Shown here: positions 48,118 to 57,748 of the stretch, one piece after another
Layout of the letters: the number at the start of each line of letters is the position of its first letter
How positions within the stretch are numbered: the stretch's first letter is position 1
Assembly: GCA_964582365.1 (NCBI GenBank)
Contig: CAZOQV010000001.1
Location: 12,712 to 76,711 of the forward strand
DNA from: an uncultured Gammaproteobacteria bacterium
GTDB lineage: Bacteria > Patescibacteriota > Microgenomatia > UBA12405
Direction of reading: 5' to 3'
DNA length: 64,000 nucleotides
The notes under the pieces: model-generated
What the model was told of the DNA's origin: nothing
Seen by the model: the letters and a program-made list of their open reading frames with translations, nothing else
The model's database searches: none
Made by a program: the position numbers and the translations under genes

Positions 48118-49314
48118 ATGACCTTTATTTACATTCTCTTAATTCTAATTTTAATCGCTTTGATTTTTTTAATTCTTAAATCAAAAAAAACCGATAATAC
48201 GGCAGAATTAATTAAAGAACTTGATAAAATTCAAATAAAATTGGAAAATTCAATCAAACAGGATTTTTCTTTAAATCGCCAAGAATTAAATACCTCTTTT
48301 AATAATTTTTCCATTAAATTAGACCAACTTATAACTGGAATAAGTACTAATTTAAATCAAGTCCGAGAATCTATTGAAAAACGACTCGAGTTAATTCAAA
48401 AAGATAATTCAGATCAACTTGAAAAAATGCGGGTTACTGTCGATGAAAAATTACAAAGCACCTTAGAAAAAAGACTCGGGGAATCCTTTAAACAAGTCAG
48501 TACTCAATTAGAATCAGTTTATAAAGGTTTAGGCGAAATGCAGACTTTGGCCATTGGTGTTGGTGATTTAAAAAAGGTTTTGTCTAATGTAAAAATTCGT
48601 GGAACTTGGGGAGAAGTTCAATTAAACAGTTTATTAGAACAAATTTTAACCAATGATCAATATGATAAAAATGTCGCTGTCAAAAGCGGTAGTTCCGACC
48701 GAGTTGAATTTGCCATTCGTCTTCCGGGCAAAGATGACGAAAATAAACAATGTTGGTTACCAATTGATTCCAAATTTCCTTTGGAAGATTATCAAAATTT
48801 AATTAAAGCCCAAGACGCTGTTGATTTGATTCAAATTGAAATTTCTTCAAAAGCTTTGGAAAACAGAGTTAAAACCGAAGCTAAATATATTTTTGACAAA
48901 TATATTGATCCACCTCATACCACCGATTTTGCCATTCTTTATCTCCCTATCGAAGGTTTATACGCTGAAATTACCCAAAAACAGTCATTAGTTGACACTC
49001 TCCAAAGACAATATCGGGTTACTATCGCTGGTCCAAATACTATTGCTGCTTTGCTCAACAGTTTACAAATGGGTTTCCGCACTTTGGTCATTGAAAAAAG
49101 ATCCTCGGAGGTTTGGTCAGTTCTCGGAACTATTAAAAAAGAATTTGGTCTTTTTGGCGATCTTCTGGTTAAAACTAAAAAGAAACTTCAAGAAGCCACT
49201 AACACTATCGATGATGCCAGTTCAAAATCGAAAACTATTACCGGCAAACTAAATAAAGTTCAAAGTCTTACTGAAACTACAGACGAAAAAATAATTAGTT
49301 CTCTCCATGAATAA
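48118..49314 (+). CDS. rmuC: DNA recombination protein RmuC
   Basis: N-terminal TM and coiled coil, RGTWGEVQL, PIDSKFP, TTDFAILYLP.E, LQMGF. Confidence 0.92.
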   Translation: MTFIYILLILILIALIFLILKSKKTDNTAELIKELDKIQIKLENSIKQDFSLNRQELNTSFNNFSIKLDQLITGISTNLNQVRESIEKRLELIQKDNSDQLEKMRVTVDEKLQSTLEKRLGESFKQVSTQLESVYKGLGEMQTLAIGVGDLKKVLSNVKIRGTWGEVQLNSLLEQILTNDQYDKNVAVKSGSSDRVEFAIRLPGKDDENKQCWLPIDSKFPLEDYQNLIKAQDAVDLIQIEISSKALENRVKTEAKYIFDKYIDPPHTTDFAILYLPIEGLYAEITQKQSLVDTLQRQYRVTIAGPNTIAALLNSLQMGFRTLVIEKRSSEVWSVLGTIKKEFGLFGDLLVKTKKKLQEATNTIDDASSKSKTITGKLNKVQSLTETTDEKIISSLHE

Positions 49315-49615
49315 GAAGTTTTTTTACTATTCTCTTACTTTTGCTTCTATTTTTTTAATTTTTATTAACTTGGTTTCACCTGAACTTCTTTGGCCAAAAA
49401 TAATTTTCTTTTTTATTATCTTTTGTTTTTTCTTTTCCACTATTTGTATTTTCTCTAAAAAATATTTAGCCAATCTAATCAAAGCCTTTTATTTACTTTC
49501 CCTCGTTTTACTCTTGTTTTTCAACCAACTTGATTTACTAAATTTTATAACCACCACCTTTTTACTGATCATAATTTTATTTCTAACTAATTCTAGTAAA
49601 AAAGATAAAAATTAA
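49307..49615 (+). CDS. Small multi-TM hypothetical protein
   Basis: Overlaps the rmuC stop by 8 nt; four hydrophobic segments. Confidence 0.6.
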   Translation: MNKKFFYYSLTFASIFLIFINLVSPELLWPKIIFFFIIFCFFFSTICIFSKKYLANLIKAFYLLSLVLLLFFNQLDLLNFITTTFLLIIILFLTNSSKKDKN

Positions 49616-49752
49616 TGTATAATAGGCCGATAATAATTTTTCACTAAGCGAAAAAAATATTAGCACTTTAATCATTTTGTTTTTTTAAAAATATTCCCTT
49701 TTTTGGGATTTATATATAAAATAAACAATCAAAGTTGAAAGGGGTAAATATC

Positions 49753-49920
49753 ATGAGAAGATTCTGTACTGTTCTTGCTATTCTTTTTGTCCTTTCCTCA
49801 AATTTATATCCGAACTATCCAGCAATTATTCCCAGTAAAACAGTCATCTCGCCTCCTTCTGAAGCTTCTCTAAAAGCTGCGCGAGATGAAAACAAGAAGC
49901 ACATCTTTTCAATTTTATAA
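49753..49920 (+). CDS. Possible small exported peptide
   Basis: AAAGGGG upstream of ATG 49753; signal-like MRRFCTVLAILFVLS; followed by a hairpin. Confidence 0.35.
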   Translation: MRRFCTVLAILFVLSSNLYPNYPAIIPSKTVISPPSEASLKAARDENKKHIFSIL

Positions 49921-49939
49921 CCCTTGATCGAATAGTAAT

Positions 49940-49990
49940 AAGCCGACAAATTTGTGCAACATCAACACAAATCTATTGTCGGCTTTTATT
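49940..49990 (+). terminator. Long hairpin with T-rich tail upstream of the hrcA promoter
   Basis: aagccgacaa-atttgtg pairs with cacaaat-(cta)-ttgtcggctt, followed by ttatt. Confidence 0.55.
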
Positions 49991-49997
49991 TCCCCTC

Positions 49998-50034
49998 TTG
50001 ACACCTTTTAGCAGTCGATCTATTATATTGCTAA
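49998..50034 (+). promoter_or_regulatory. Sigma70 promoter overlapped by a CIRCE-like operator
   Basis: TTGACA(49998)-17 nt-TATTAT(50021). TTAGCAGTC-N9-TATTGCTAA at 50008-50034 versus CIRCE consensus TTAGCACTC-N9-GAGTGCTAA. Directly before hrcA. Confidence 0.8.
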
Positions 50035-50035
50035 T

Positions 50036-50773
50036 ATGTCAGACTTAACCCAACGACAAATAAAAATACTTAAATGTGTTGCCGAGGAATTCATTGAGAC
50101 CGCCTCTGCGGTCGGCTCTGAAACTCTCGAAAAAAAATATTCTTTAGGTATCTCTTCGGCCACTATTAGAAATGAAATGATGATTCTCACTCAGCTAGGT
50201 TTTCTAAAAAAAGGTCATCTTTCTTCAGGCCATGCCCCAACTTCTCTGGGTCTTAAATATTATGTTCGAAATTTAATGACCACTAAAAATTTATCCGTTA
50301 GCGATGAAATTGGTGCTAAGGAAAAAGTGTGGGAATACAGAAATGAATTTGATAAATTACTTCGTGAAACCACTAAAGAATTAGCTCAACGAACTAAATC
50401 TATGGCCATCGCCACTACTGATCAAGGTACTGTTTATAATTATGGTGCTTCAAATTTACTCGAAGAACCTGAATTTTTCAACATCGATGTTACCAGAACT
50501 GTTTTATCTTTAATTGACAATGCTGATTTTTGGTATCAAATTATTAAAAAAGCTGGTGATTTAAATCCAGAATCTACCGAAATAGTTCATCTTTTAATTG
50601 GTGAAGATCTTGGTATGGAATATCTTGAATCTTGTGGTTTTGTTTATCAAAATTACGAATCTGGTCCACATCGTGGTATTGTTGGTATCATTGGTCCGGC
50701 TCGTTTTAGATATTCATATGTCGTCCCTGTCGTTGATTATTTTGCCGAGTTACTCTCAACTATTAGTCGTTAA
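50036..50773 (+). CDS. hrcA: Heat-inducible transcription repressor HrcA (short form)
   Basis: LTQRQ..IL, VGSE, SSATIRNEM, GIIGP.R; first gene of the grpE-dnaK-dnaJ run. Confidence 0.92.
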   Translation: MSDLTQRQIKILKCVAEEFIETASAVGSETLEKKYSLGISSATIRNEMMILTQLGFLKKGHLSSGHAPTSLGLKYYVRNLMTTKNLSVSDEIGAKEKVWEYRNEFDKLLRETTKELAQRTKSMAIATTDQGTVYNYGASNLLEEPEFFNIDVTRTVLSLIDNADFWYQIIKKAGDLNPESTEIVHLLIGEDLGMEYLESCGFVYQNYESGPHRGIVGIIGPARFRYSYVVPVVDYFAELLSTISR

Positions 50774-50780
50774 ATAAATT

Positions 50781-51245
50781 ATGGCAACAGATAAAAAAAA
50801 TAAATCAAACATTAAAAACACCGAGTTACTTGAAAAAATTTCTTCATTAGAAGAAAGATTAGCCAGATCTTTGGCTGATTATTCTAATTTAGAAAAAAGA
50901 ATTGAATCTCAACGACAATTATTTGTCACTTTGGCCACCACTTCTATTTTAAGTAAGATGATTGAAGTTTTAGATAATTTTTATCTAGCTCAAAGTCATC
51001 TCAATAATCCTGGTCTTAAGATGGCCATTGATAAATTTAACTCTGTTTTAAAAACAGAGGGTTTAGAAGAAATTAATCCAGTTAATCTAGAATTTGATCC
51101 TCAATCGATGGAATGTATCGAGGTTGTCGACGGCCACGAAAATTTCGTCATTGAAGTGAGAAAACTAGGTTACAAACTAAACGGTCACGTTATCCGTCCG
51201 GCTCAAGTTTCGGTCGGAAAAACCTCTAACCCCATTACTAATTAA
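50781..51245 (+). CDS. grpE: Nucleotide exchange factor GrpE
   Basis: R.LADY.N..KR, FDP, GY.L.G.VIRPA.V.V. Confidence 0.93.
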   Translation: MATDKKNKSNIKNTELLEKISSLEERLARSLADYSNLEKRIESQRQLFVTLATTSILSKMIEVLDNFYLAQSHLNNPGLKMAIDKFNSVLKTEGLEEINPVNLEFDPQSMECIEVVDGHENFVIEVRKLGYKLNGHVIRPAQVSVGKTSNPITN

Positions 51246-51260
51246 TATATACAAAAAACT

Positions 51261-53156
51261 ATGTCAAACAAAATAATCGGAATCGATTTAGGTACTACCA
51301 ACTCTTGCGTCGCAGTAATGGAAGGTGGTTCCCCAAAAGTTATTTTTAGTTCAGAAGGTCGCAACACTATTCCTTCTATTGTCGAACCAGTCAAAAAGCT
51401 GGTTGGCGATTTAGCCAAACGACAAATGGTTTTGAACTCCAAAAACACTATCTATAGTGTTAAGCGTCTTATGGGTCGACGTATTGATGATCCAGAGGTT
51501 AAAAAAACTCAAACTGTTGCTCCATATAAAATTGTCGCCGGTAAAGACAAAATGGCTGCTATCGAGATTGACGGCAAGACTTACACTCCTCAGGAAATTT
51601 CATCTATGATTTTGCAAAAAGCCAAAGCTGATGCTGAAAAATATCTTGGTGAAAAAGTCACCGATGCTGTTATCACCGTCCCTGCTTACTTTGATGATTC
51701 TCAAAGACAAGCTACAAAACAAGCTGGTGAAATCGCCGGTCTTAATGTTCAACGAATTGTTAATGAACCAACTGCCGCTGCTTTAGCCTATGGTATGGAT
51801 AAAAAACAAAACGGAGTTATTGCTGTCTATGATTTAGGAGGGGGAACTTTTGATATTTCCATTCTCGAAATTGGTGATGGTATTTTTGAAGTTAAATCTA
51901 CCAACGGAGATACTTTCCTTGGTGGCGATGATTTTGATCAAAAAATTATTACTTGGATTATTGATGATTTTCAAAAACAAAACGGAGTTGATCTAAGTAA
52001 AGATCCTCAAGCCTTACAACGTGTTCGCGAAGCTGCCGAAAAAGCCAAAATTGAACTCAGTTCAGCTGCTGAAACCGAAATTAATTTACCATTCATTACT
52101 CAAAAGGATGGTCAACCTCTTCATTTAACTAAAAAGTTAACTCGCTCTGAATTGGAAAAATTAATTGATGATTTAGTTCAAAAAACCATAGGTCCAGTCG
52201 AAAAAGCTCTAAAAGATGCCAAAGTAACCAAGTCTGATATTAAAGAAATCATTATGGTCGGAGGCATGACTCGTATGCCTAAAGTTCAAGAAGTTGTTAA
52301 AAACTTCTTCGGTAAAGATTTAAATAATACCGTAAACCCGGACGAAGTTGTTGCCATCGGTGCTGCCGTTCAAGGTGCTGTTTTAACTGGTGAAGTTAAA
52401 GATGTTGTCCTTTTGGACGTCACACCGTTAACTTTCGGAATTGAAACTGCTGGTGGCGTCAGAACTCCTTTAATTGATCGAAATACTACTGTTCCTACCA
52501 AGAAATCTCAAGTTTTCACTACCTATGCCGACAATCAACCTCAAGTGGAAATTAATGTTCTTCAAGGTGAACGTCCTATGGCGGCTGATAACAAATCTTT
52601 AGGCCGATTCATTCTCGATGGGATTGCTCCAGCTCCACGTGGTATGCCTCAAATTGAAGTCACTTTTGATATTGATAGCAATGGTATTCTTTCTGTCTCT
52701 GCTAAAGATAAGGGCACTGGCAAAGAACAAAGAATCACCATTCAAAATGCTACCAACTTAAAAGAAGAAGAGATTGAGCAAATGAAAAAAGAAGCCGAAG
52801 CTCATGCTCGTGAAGACGAAGAAAAGAAAGGTTTAGCCGAATCTAAGAACAAACTTGATGCAACTATTTTTTCTGGTGAAAAAACCTTGAAAGATTTTGC
52901 TGATAAAGTTAAACCGGAAGATAAAACCAAAATAGAAGAAAAAATTAAAGAATCTAAAGATATTTTATCTAAATCAGATGCTAAAAAAGATGAATTAGAT
53001 AAAGCTTCAGACGAGCTTAGTCAAATTCTTCAAACCATCGGTGCTGCTATTTATCAACAGCAACAACCTGGACAATCAGGGCCAGAAACTCCAACCGAAG
53101 AGCCCAAAAAAGCTGATGATAAAAAAGAAGCTGAAGAAGGCGAAGTCGTCCAATAA
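51261..53156 (+). CDS. dnaK: Chaperone DnaK
   Basis: [30 protein letters not shown]. Confidence 0.98.
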   Translation: MSNKIIGIDLGTTNSCVAVMEGGSPKVIFSSEGRNTIPSIVEPVKKLVGDLAKRQMVLNSKNTIYSVKRLMGRRIDDPEVKKTQTVAPYKIVAGKDKMAAIEIDGKTYTPQEISSMILQKAKADAEKYLGEKVTDAVITVPAYFDDSQRQATKQAGEIAGLNVQRIVNEPTAAALAYGMDKKQNGVIAVYDLGGGTFDISILEIGDGIFEVKSTNGDTFLGGDDFDQKIITWIIDDFQKQNGVDLSKDPQALQRVREAAEKAKIELSSAAETEINLPFITQKDGQPLHLTKKLTRSELEKLIDDLVQKTIGPVEKALKDAKVTKSDIKEIIMVGGMTRMPKVQEVVKNFFGKDLNNTVNPDEVVAIGAAVQGAVLTGEVKDVVLLDVTPLTFGIETAGGVRTPLIDRNTTVPTKKSQVFTTYADNQPQVEINVLQGERPMAADNKSLGRFILDGIAPAPRGMPQIEVTFDIDSNGILSVSAKDKGTGKEQRITIQNATNLKEEEIEQMKKEAEAHAREDEEKKGLAESKNKLDATIFSGEKTLKDFADKVKPEDKTKIEEKIKESKDILSKSDAKKDELDKASDELSQILQTIGAAIYQQQQPGQSGPETPTEEPKKADDKKEAEEGEVVQ

Positions 53157-53174
53157 AAATTAATAATTAATATT

Positions 53175-53203
53175 GTAGAGACGTCCCGCTGGGGCGTCTC
53201 TAC
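53175..53203. repeat. GTAG-type REP palindrome between dnaK and dnaJ
   Basis: gtagagacg-tcccgctgggg-cgtctctac; same arms as the copies at 62941 and 63323. Confidence 0.85.
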
Positions 53204-53232
53204 GCGATTGTTGATAATGATAAAATAGACCC

Positions 53233-54090
53233 ATGAAAAAAGATTTTTACGAAACACTTGGCGTTTCCAAAAGCGCTTCTAAAGATGAAATTAAAAGTGC
53301 CTACAGAAAGGCGGCTTTAAAGTTTCATCCAGATCGTAATAAAGCCCCAGATGCCGAAGAAAAATTCAAAGAAATCAACGAAGCTTATGAAGTTTTAAGT
53401 AATTCTGAAAAAAAATCCGCTTACGATCAATTTGGGCATGCTGCTTTTGACCCATCTTCAGGTGGTTTTGGTGGTCATACTTATACTCAACAAAACGGTC
53501 CTAATTTTACCTACACCCAAAGCAGTAATCCTTTTGGCGGAGCTGACTTTGATTTTGGCGGATTTAGTAATCCATTTGATATTTTTGAACAATTTTTTGG
53601 AGGTGGCAGTTTTAGTGGTCAGCAAGGCCGAAGTAAACGAATCGAAACTTATAAAATTTCGATTTCTTTTCTAGAAGCCGCTAATGGTTGTCAAAAAGAA
53701 GTTTCTATCGATGGTAAGAAAAAAACTATCAAAATTCCTGCCGGTGTTGACGATGGTCAAAAAATTCGTTTTTCTGAATTTATTTTATATATCGACGTTT
53801 TACCTGATAAAGTTTTTAGACGCGAAGGTAACGATGTTTATGTTAATGCCAATATTAGCCTAACCCAAGCCATTTTTGGTGATACCATTGAAGTTCCTAC
53901 TTTGGATGAACCATTAAAAATTCGGGTTAAATCCGGTACTCAGCCAAATACTTTAGTCCGTCTTCGAGGCCAGGGGATTAAAGATGTAAATGGCTATGGA
54001 AAGGGCGATTTTTATATTCGTCTTTTTGTTGAAATTCCTACTAAACTATCTTCTCGTCAAAAAGACCTCTTAAAACAGCTCGATTTGTAA
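53233..54090 (+). CDS. dnaJ: DnaJ-class co-chaperone without zinc finger (class B/CbpA-like)
   Basis: J-domain with HPD, G/F region, C-terminal domain; no CxxCxGxG repeats. Confidence 0.9.
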   Translation: MKKDFYETLGVSKSASKDEIKSAYRKAALKFHPDRNKAPDAEEKFKEINEAYEVLSNSEKKSAYDQFGHAAFDPSSGGFGGHTYTQQNGPNFTYTQSSNPFGGADFDFGGFSNPFDIFEQFFGGGSFSGQQGRSKRIETYKISISFLEAANGCQKEVSIDGKKKTIKIPAGVDDGQKIRFSEFILYIDVLPDKVFRREGNDVYVNANISLTQAIFGDTIEVPTLDEPLKIRVKSGTQPNTLVRLRGQGIKDVNGYGKGDFYIRLFVEIPTKLSSRQKDLLKQLDL

Positions 54091-54096
54091 TTTTTC

Positions 54097-54161
54097 TGGT
54101 ATAATCTATACATATTAATTTTGCAGTGTTTTAACCTGGGGCTGACAAAGCCCTTTTTTTT
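54097..54161 (+). promoter_or_regulatory. nusA promoter (extended -10) with terminator-like hairpin in the leader
   Basis: TGGTATAAT at 54097-54105; gggct-gacaa-agccc stem (54139-54153) followed by T8. Confidence 0.6.
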
Positions 54162-54185
54162 ACCCTGCATATTTAAGGAAACAAA

Positions 54186-55184
54186 ATGGATTTAAAAAAA
54201 CTACCAAAAACAGAATTTGCCGCAGCTGTGGCTCAAATCGCTGGTGAAAGAAACATCGATGTTCAATCTATTTTAGATTCAATTGAATTTGGACTTATCT
54301 CTGCTTATCAACGCGATCAAAAAGAACATGGCGTCATCATTTCAGAAGAAGATAAATTTACTGTTGAATTAGCTCCAGAAAATGGATCTTTCAAAGTTTA
54401 CAAAATCGATGGTGATAAAAAAATTGATGTTACCCCTCCTGGTTTTGGCCGAATTGCTGCTCAAACTGCTAAACAAGTCATTGACCAAAAAATTCACGAA
54501 GTTGAAAAAGAAACTGTTGTGACTGAATTTACCAAAAAGATTGGTACTCTTATTTCTTGTGTTGTATTAAAAAATGATCCTTATAAAATGGTTGTCGGTG
54601 TTGGCAAAACTGAAGGTATCTGTCCTAAAGATGAACAAATTAGAGATGAGATTCTTCCTCTTGGTTCAAAAAAATTATTTTTATTGAAAGAAATTCTTCA
54701 CGATGAAAATGGTCGCAGTGAGATTATTTTGTCTCGTCGAGATAATGCTTTTGTTAAAGAATTATTTGCTCGTGAAGTTCCAGAAGTTTCTAATGGTTCA
54801 GTTGTCATTGAAAAAATTGCCAGAATTGCTGGTGAAAGAACTAAAATTGCCGTCTCTTCAAACCAACCAGGAATTGATTCTGTTGGTTCTTGTATTGGTC
54901 AAAAAGGTTCTCGTATCCAAGCCATTTTAAACGAATTACCAATGGAAGAAAAAGTTGACGTTGTCGCTTTTTCCCAAAATTTAAACCAATTTATTGCTCA
55001 AGCTCTTTCTCCAGCTCAAGACGTCAAAGTTATTGAAGTCAGAAACAGCTGTGCCTACGTTACTGTCCCAGAATCACAATTAGCTTTAGCTATTGGATCT
55101 GGTGGTGATAATGTTCGTTTGGCTGGTCAATTAGTTGGTCTTGAAATTAAACTTACTCAAGATTTGATCAAATCATCTAAGTAA
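54186..55184 (+). CDS. nusA: Transcription termination factor NusA
   Basis: FGRIAAQTAKQVI, EVPE, AR..G.RTKIAV, LAIG..G.NVRLA. Confidence 0.96.
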   Translation: MDLKKLPKTEFAAAVAQIAGERNIDVQSILDSIEFGLISAYQRDQKEHGVIISEEDKFTVELAPENGSFKVYKIDGDKKIDVTPPGFGRIAAQTAKQVIDQKIHEVEKETVVTEFTKKIGTLISCVVLKNDPYKMVVGVGKTEGICPKDEQIRDEILPLGSKKLFLLKEILHDENGRSEIILSRRDNAFVKELFAREVPEVSNGSVVIEKIARIAGERTKIAVSSNQPGIDSVGSCIGQKGSRIQAILNELPMEEKVDVVAFSQNLNQFIAQALSPAQDVKVIEVRNSCAYVTVPESQLALAIGSGGDNVRLAGQLVGLEIKLTQDLIKSSK

Positions 55185-55215
55185 ATTTACTTTCGTTATT
55201 CCTTAAAATCTAATT

Positions 55216-56649
55216 ATGACTAATGATAATAAATTAACACGTCCGCCAATTGTTGCTCTCATGGGCCATATTGATCATGGCAAAACGACCCTTCTGGATA
55301 AAATTCGTTCTACTAATCTTTGGAAAAAAGAATCCGGAGGAATCACTCAACACATTAATTCCTACCAAGCTCAATTTACCGAAAAAGACGGACAAATCAA
55401 ACTAATTACTTTTATCGACACTCCTGGCCATGCTGCCTTTATTAACATGCGTGCTTGCGGTGCCAAGGCTACTGATATCGTTGTCTTAGTTGTTTCTGCC
55501 GTTGAAGGTATTATGCCTCAAACCAAAGAATGTATAGAACATATTAAAAAATGTAATTTGCCTTTTATTGTGGCTATGAATAAAATGGATCTTGAAAATG
55601 CTGCCCCTGACAAAATTAAGGGTCAATTAGTCGAATTAGGTTATACTCCAGAAGAATATGGTGGTCAAACTGCTGTTATTCCTGTTTCAGCTAAGACTGG
55701 CAAAGGTATTGATCAATTGTTAGAAATGATTCTTATCAATGCTGATGTTTTAGAATTAAAAGCCGATTCTGAAGGTTGTTTTGAAGCTGTTATTATTGAA
55801 TCTCGTCTCGACAAAAACCGTGGCCCGGTGGCCTCTTTAATTATCAGTAATGGCACTCTAAAAATTGGGGACATTGTTTATTCCGAAGACATTCTTTGTA
55901 AAGTTAAAGCCTTAATTGATTGCAACGGTCAACAATTAAAAGAAGCTGGTCCTAGCGTTCCGGTTGAAGTTTTAGGTTTTGAAAGAGTTCCTTCAGTTAG
56001 TTCTTTGGTTACTTCCAATAAAACCGAATGTTCAGAAAAGAAAGAGCATAAGGTTTTACTCGAATCAACCGAAGAAAATCCTAAATTAAAGGTTATTCTC
56101 AAAGCTGACGTTAAAGGCACCCTTGAAGCTCTGGAAAATAGTTTTAATGACGATGTTATCATTATTTCTTCTAGTATCGGAGCTGTTAGTGATAATGATG
56201 TTTTTATGGCTGAAGCTGCCAAAGCTCAAATTTTTGCTTTCAATGTTTCCACTCCAAAACATATTACCCAAATTGCCGAAAGTGCTAAAGTTAGAATTTT
56301 TGAATCTCGAATTATCTATCAAATTATTGAAGACATTCAAAACCAGGTTTTAAAACTCCTAGAACCAACTATTGACGAAACGGTTCTTGGCGAAGGTTTG
56401 ATTAAAGCTGAATTTAAGATTGATAAAGTTCGTATCTCTGGAGTTCAATGTACTAAGGGTGAAATTGGAAAAGGGGAATTAATTCATCTTAAACGTGATG
56501 GAAAAATCATTAAAGACACTAAAGTTGAAGGTATCCGTCAAGGTAAAAATATCGTTGAAAAATTAAAGTCGGGGACTGATTGCGGTATGACCTTTAAGCC
56601 TTATGTTGACTTTAAGGTAGGAGATGTTATAATATCCTATAAGAATTAA
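55216..56649 (+). CDS. infB: Translation initiation factor IF-2 (minimal, no N-terminal domain)
   Basis: [47 protein letters not shown]. Confidence 0.96.
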   Translation: MTNDNKLTRPPIVALMGHIDHGKTTLLDKIRSTNLWKKESGGITQHINSYQAQFTEKDGQIKLITFIDTPGHAAFINMRACGAKATDIVVLVVSAVEGIMPQTKECIEHIKKCNLPFIVAMNKMDLENAAPDKIKGQLVELGYTPEEYGGQTAVIPVSAKTGKGIDQLLEMILINADVLELKADSEGCFEAVIIESRLDKNRGPVASLIISNGTLKIGDIVYSEDILCKVKALIDCNGQQLKEAGPSVPVEVLGFERVPSVSSLVTSNKTECSEKKEHKVLLESTEENPKLKVILKADVKGTLEALENSFNDDVIIISSSIGAVSDNDVFMAEAAKAQIFAFNVSTPKHITQIAESAKVRIFESRIIYQIIEDIQNQVLKLLEPTIDETVLGEGLIKAEFKIDKVRISGVQCTKGEIGKGELIHLKRDGKIIKDTKVEGIRQGKNIVEKLKSGTDCGMTFKPYVDFKVGDVIISYKN

Positions 56650-56666
56650 AAATTAGCAGGTTTTCT

Positions 56667-57362
56667 ATGAAAAATTATCAAGTTTCAGAAATTAAAAATC
56701 TTTTAGGAACCGCCAAAACGGCTCTTATTACTGTTTCTCAATTAAGTATTGACAGTATTGGTTCGGCTTTGGCCTTAGCTTTAATTTTAAAGAAATCCAA
56801 CATTTCGGTTAAAGTTTTTTGTCCCAATCCAACCGATGCTAATTATTCCAAATTAAGTGGTCTTGAACTTTTAACTAACAATTATAATCAAAACGACTTA
56901 ATCGTCACCCTTGACTATCCTTTAGATCAAATTGAAAAAGTTACTTACAACCAAGATGGTGGAAAACTAAATTTAGTTGTCCAAACCAAAGATGGTTCTC
57001 AAAAAGTTGCTGAAAATCAAATTTTAATTAGTAATCAAGCTACCGCTGCTGACATTAACTTTATGTTAGGCGATGAAAACCTTTTAGGTGCCAATGCTAA
57101 TATGGTTCAAAAAGGTAACTGGATTAATATTTCTCCATCTAGTATTGAAAAAACTTGGGCCAAAGTAAACATTATTGATCAAGATGCTCCTTTTTCTGAA
57201 ATCTTAACCTTTTTATTACCTATGCTCGATTTACAATTGAACCCAGAAGCAGCTAAAAATCTTTTAATTGCTCTTCGTGTTGCTACCCAATCTTTCTCAA
57301 TTAATGTTTCTCCTGAAACATTTGAAGCTGGTGCCAATTGTCTCCGCGCCACCCAAGGCTAA
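56667..57362 (+). CDS. Degenerate DHH/NrnA-like protein
   Basis: 'IDSIGSALAL' and 'WINIS' align to NrnA motifs but the DHH is absent; sits in the usual post-infB position. Confidence 0.6.
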   Translation: MKNYQVSEIKNLLGTAKTALITVSQLSIDSIGSALALALILKKSNISVKVFCPNPTDANYSKLSGLELLTNNYNQNDLIVTLDYPLDQIEKVTYNQDGGKLNLVVQTKDGSQKVAENQILISNQATAADINFMLGDENLLGANANMVQKGNWINISPSSIEKTWAKVNIIDQDAPFSEILTFLLPMLDLQLNPEAAKNLLIALRVATQSFSINVSPETFEAGANCLRATQG

Positions 57363-57454
57363 TTTTTGTGTTATAATCTCATCTGACTAAAAACGGTTTT
57401 TTGGTAGCCATTCCAAGATATTATAAATTTAACCGATTTTAGCCAAATAATCCT

Positions 57455-57724
57455 ATGGCATTAACCACAGAAGAAAAAAAAGTTATTATTGAGAAATACG
57501 CTCAAGACAAAGGTGATACTGGTTCCCCAGAAGTTCAAATCGCTATTTTATCTAAGGCAATCGAAAAGCTCCAAGGTCATTTAACCGAAAATAAACACGA
57601 TTCTCCTGCAAAACGCGGAATTTTAAGTAAAATTTCCAAAAGACGACGTTTACTTCGTTATCTTTCAAATCACAATCCTGAAACATACACTACCGTCATC
57701 AAATCTCTCGGTCTCAAGAAATAA
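57455..57724 (+). CDS. rpsO: 30S ribosomal protein S15
   Basis: DTGSPEVQIAIL, H...D...RG, RRRLL.YL. Confidence 0.97.
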   Translation: MALTTEEKKVIIEKYAQDKGDTGSPEVQIAILSKAIEKLQGHLTENKHDSPAKRGILSKISKRRRLLRYLSNHNPETYTTVIKSLGLKK

Positions 57725-57748
57725 TTTCAGTTTCAGTTATAATCAATT

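Noticed and set aside
49660-49668. TTAGCACT as a second CIRCE site
   Set aside because: Only a half-site; no inverted partner at 9-nt spacing.
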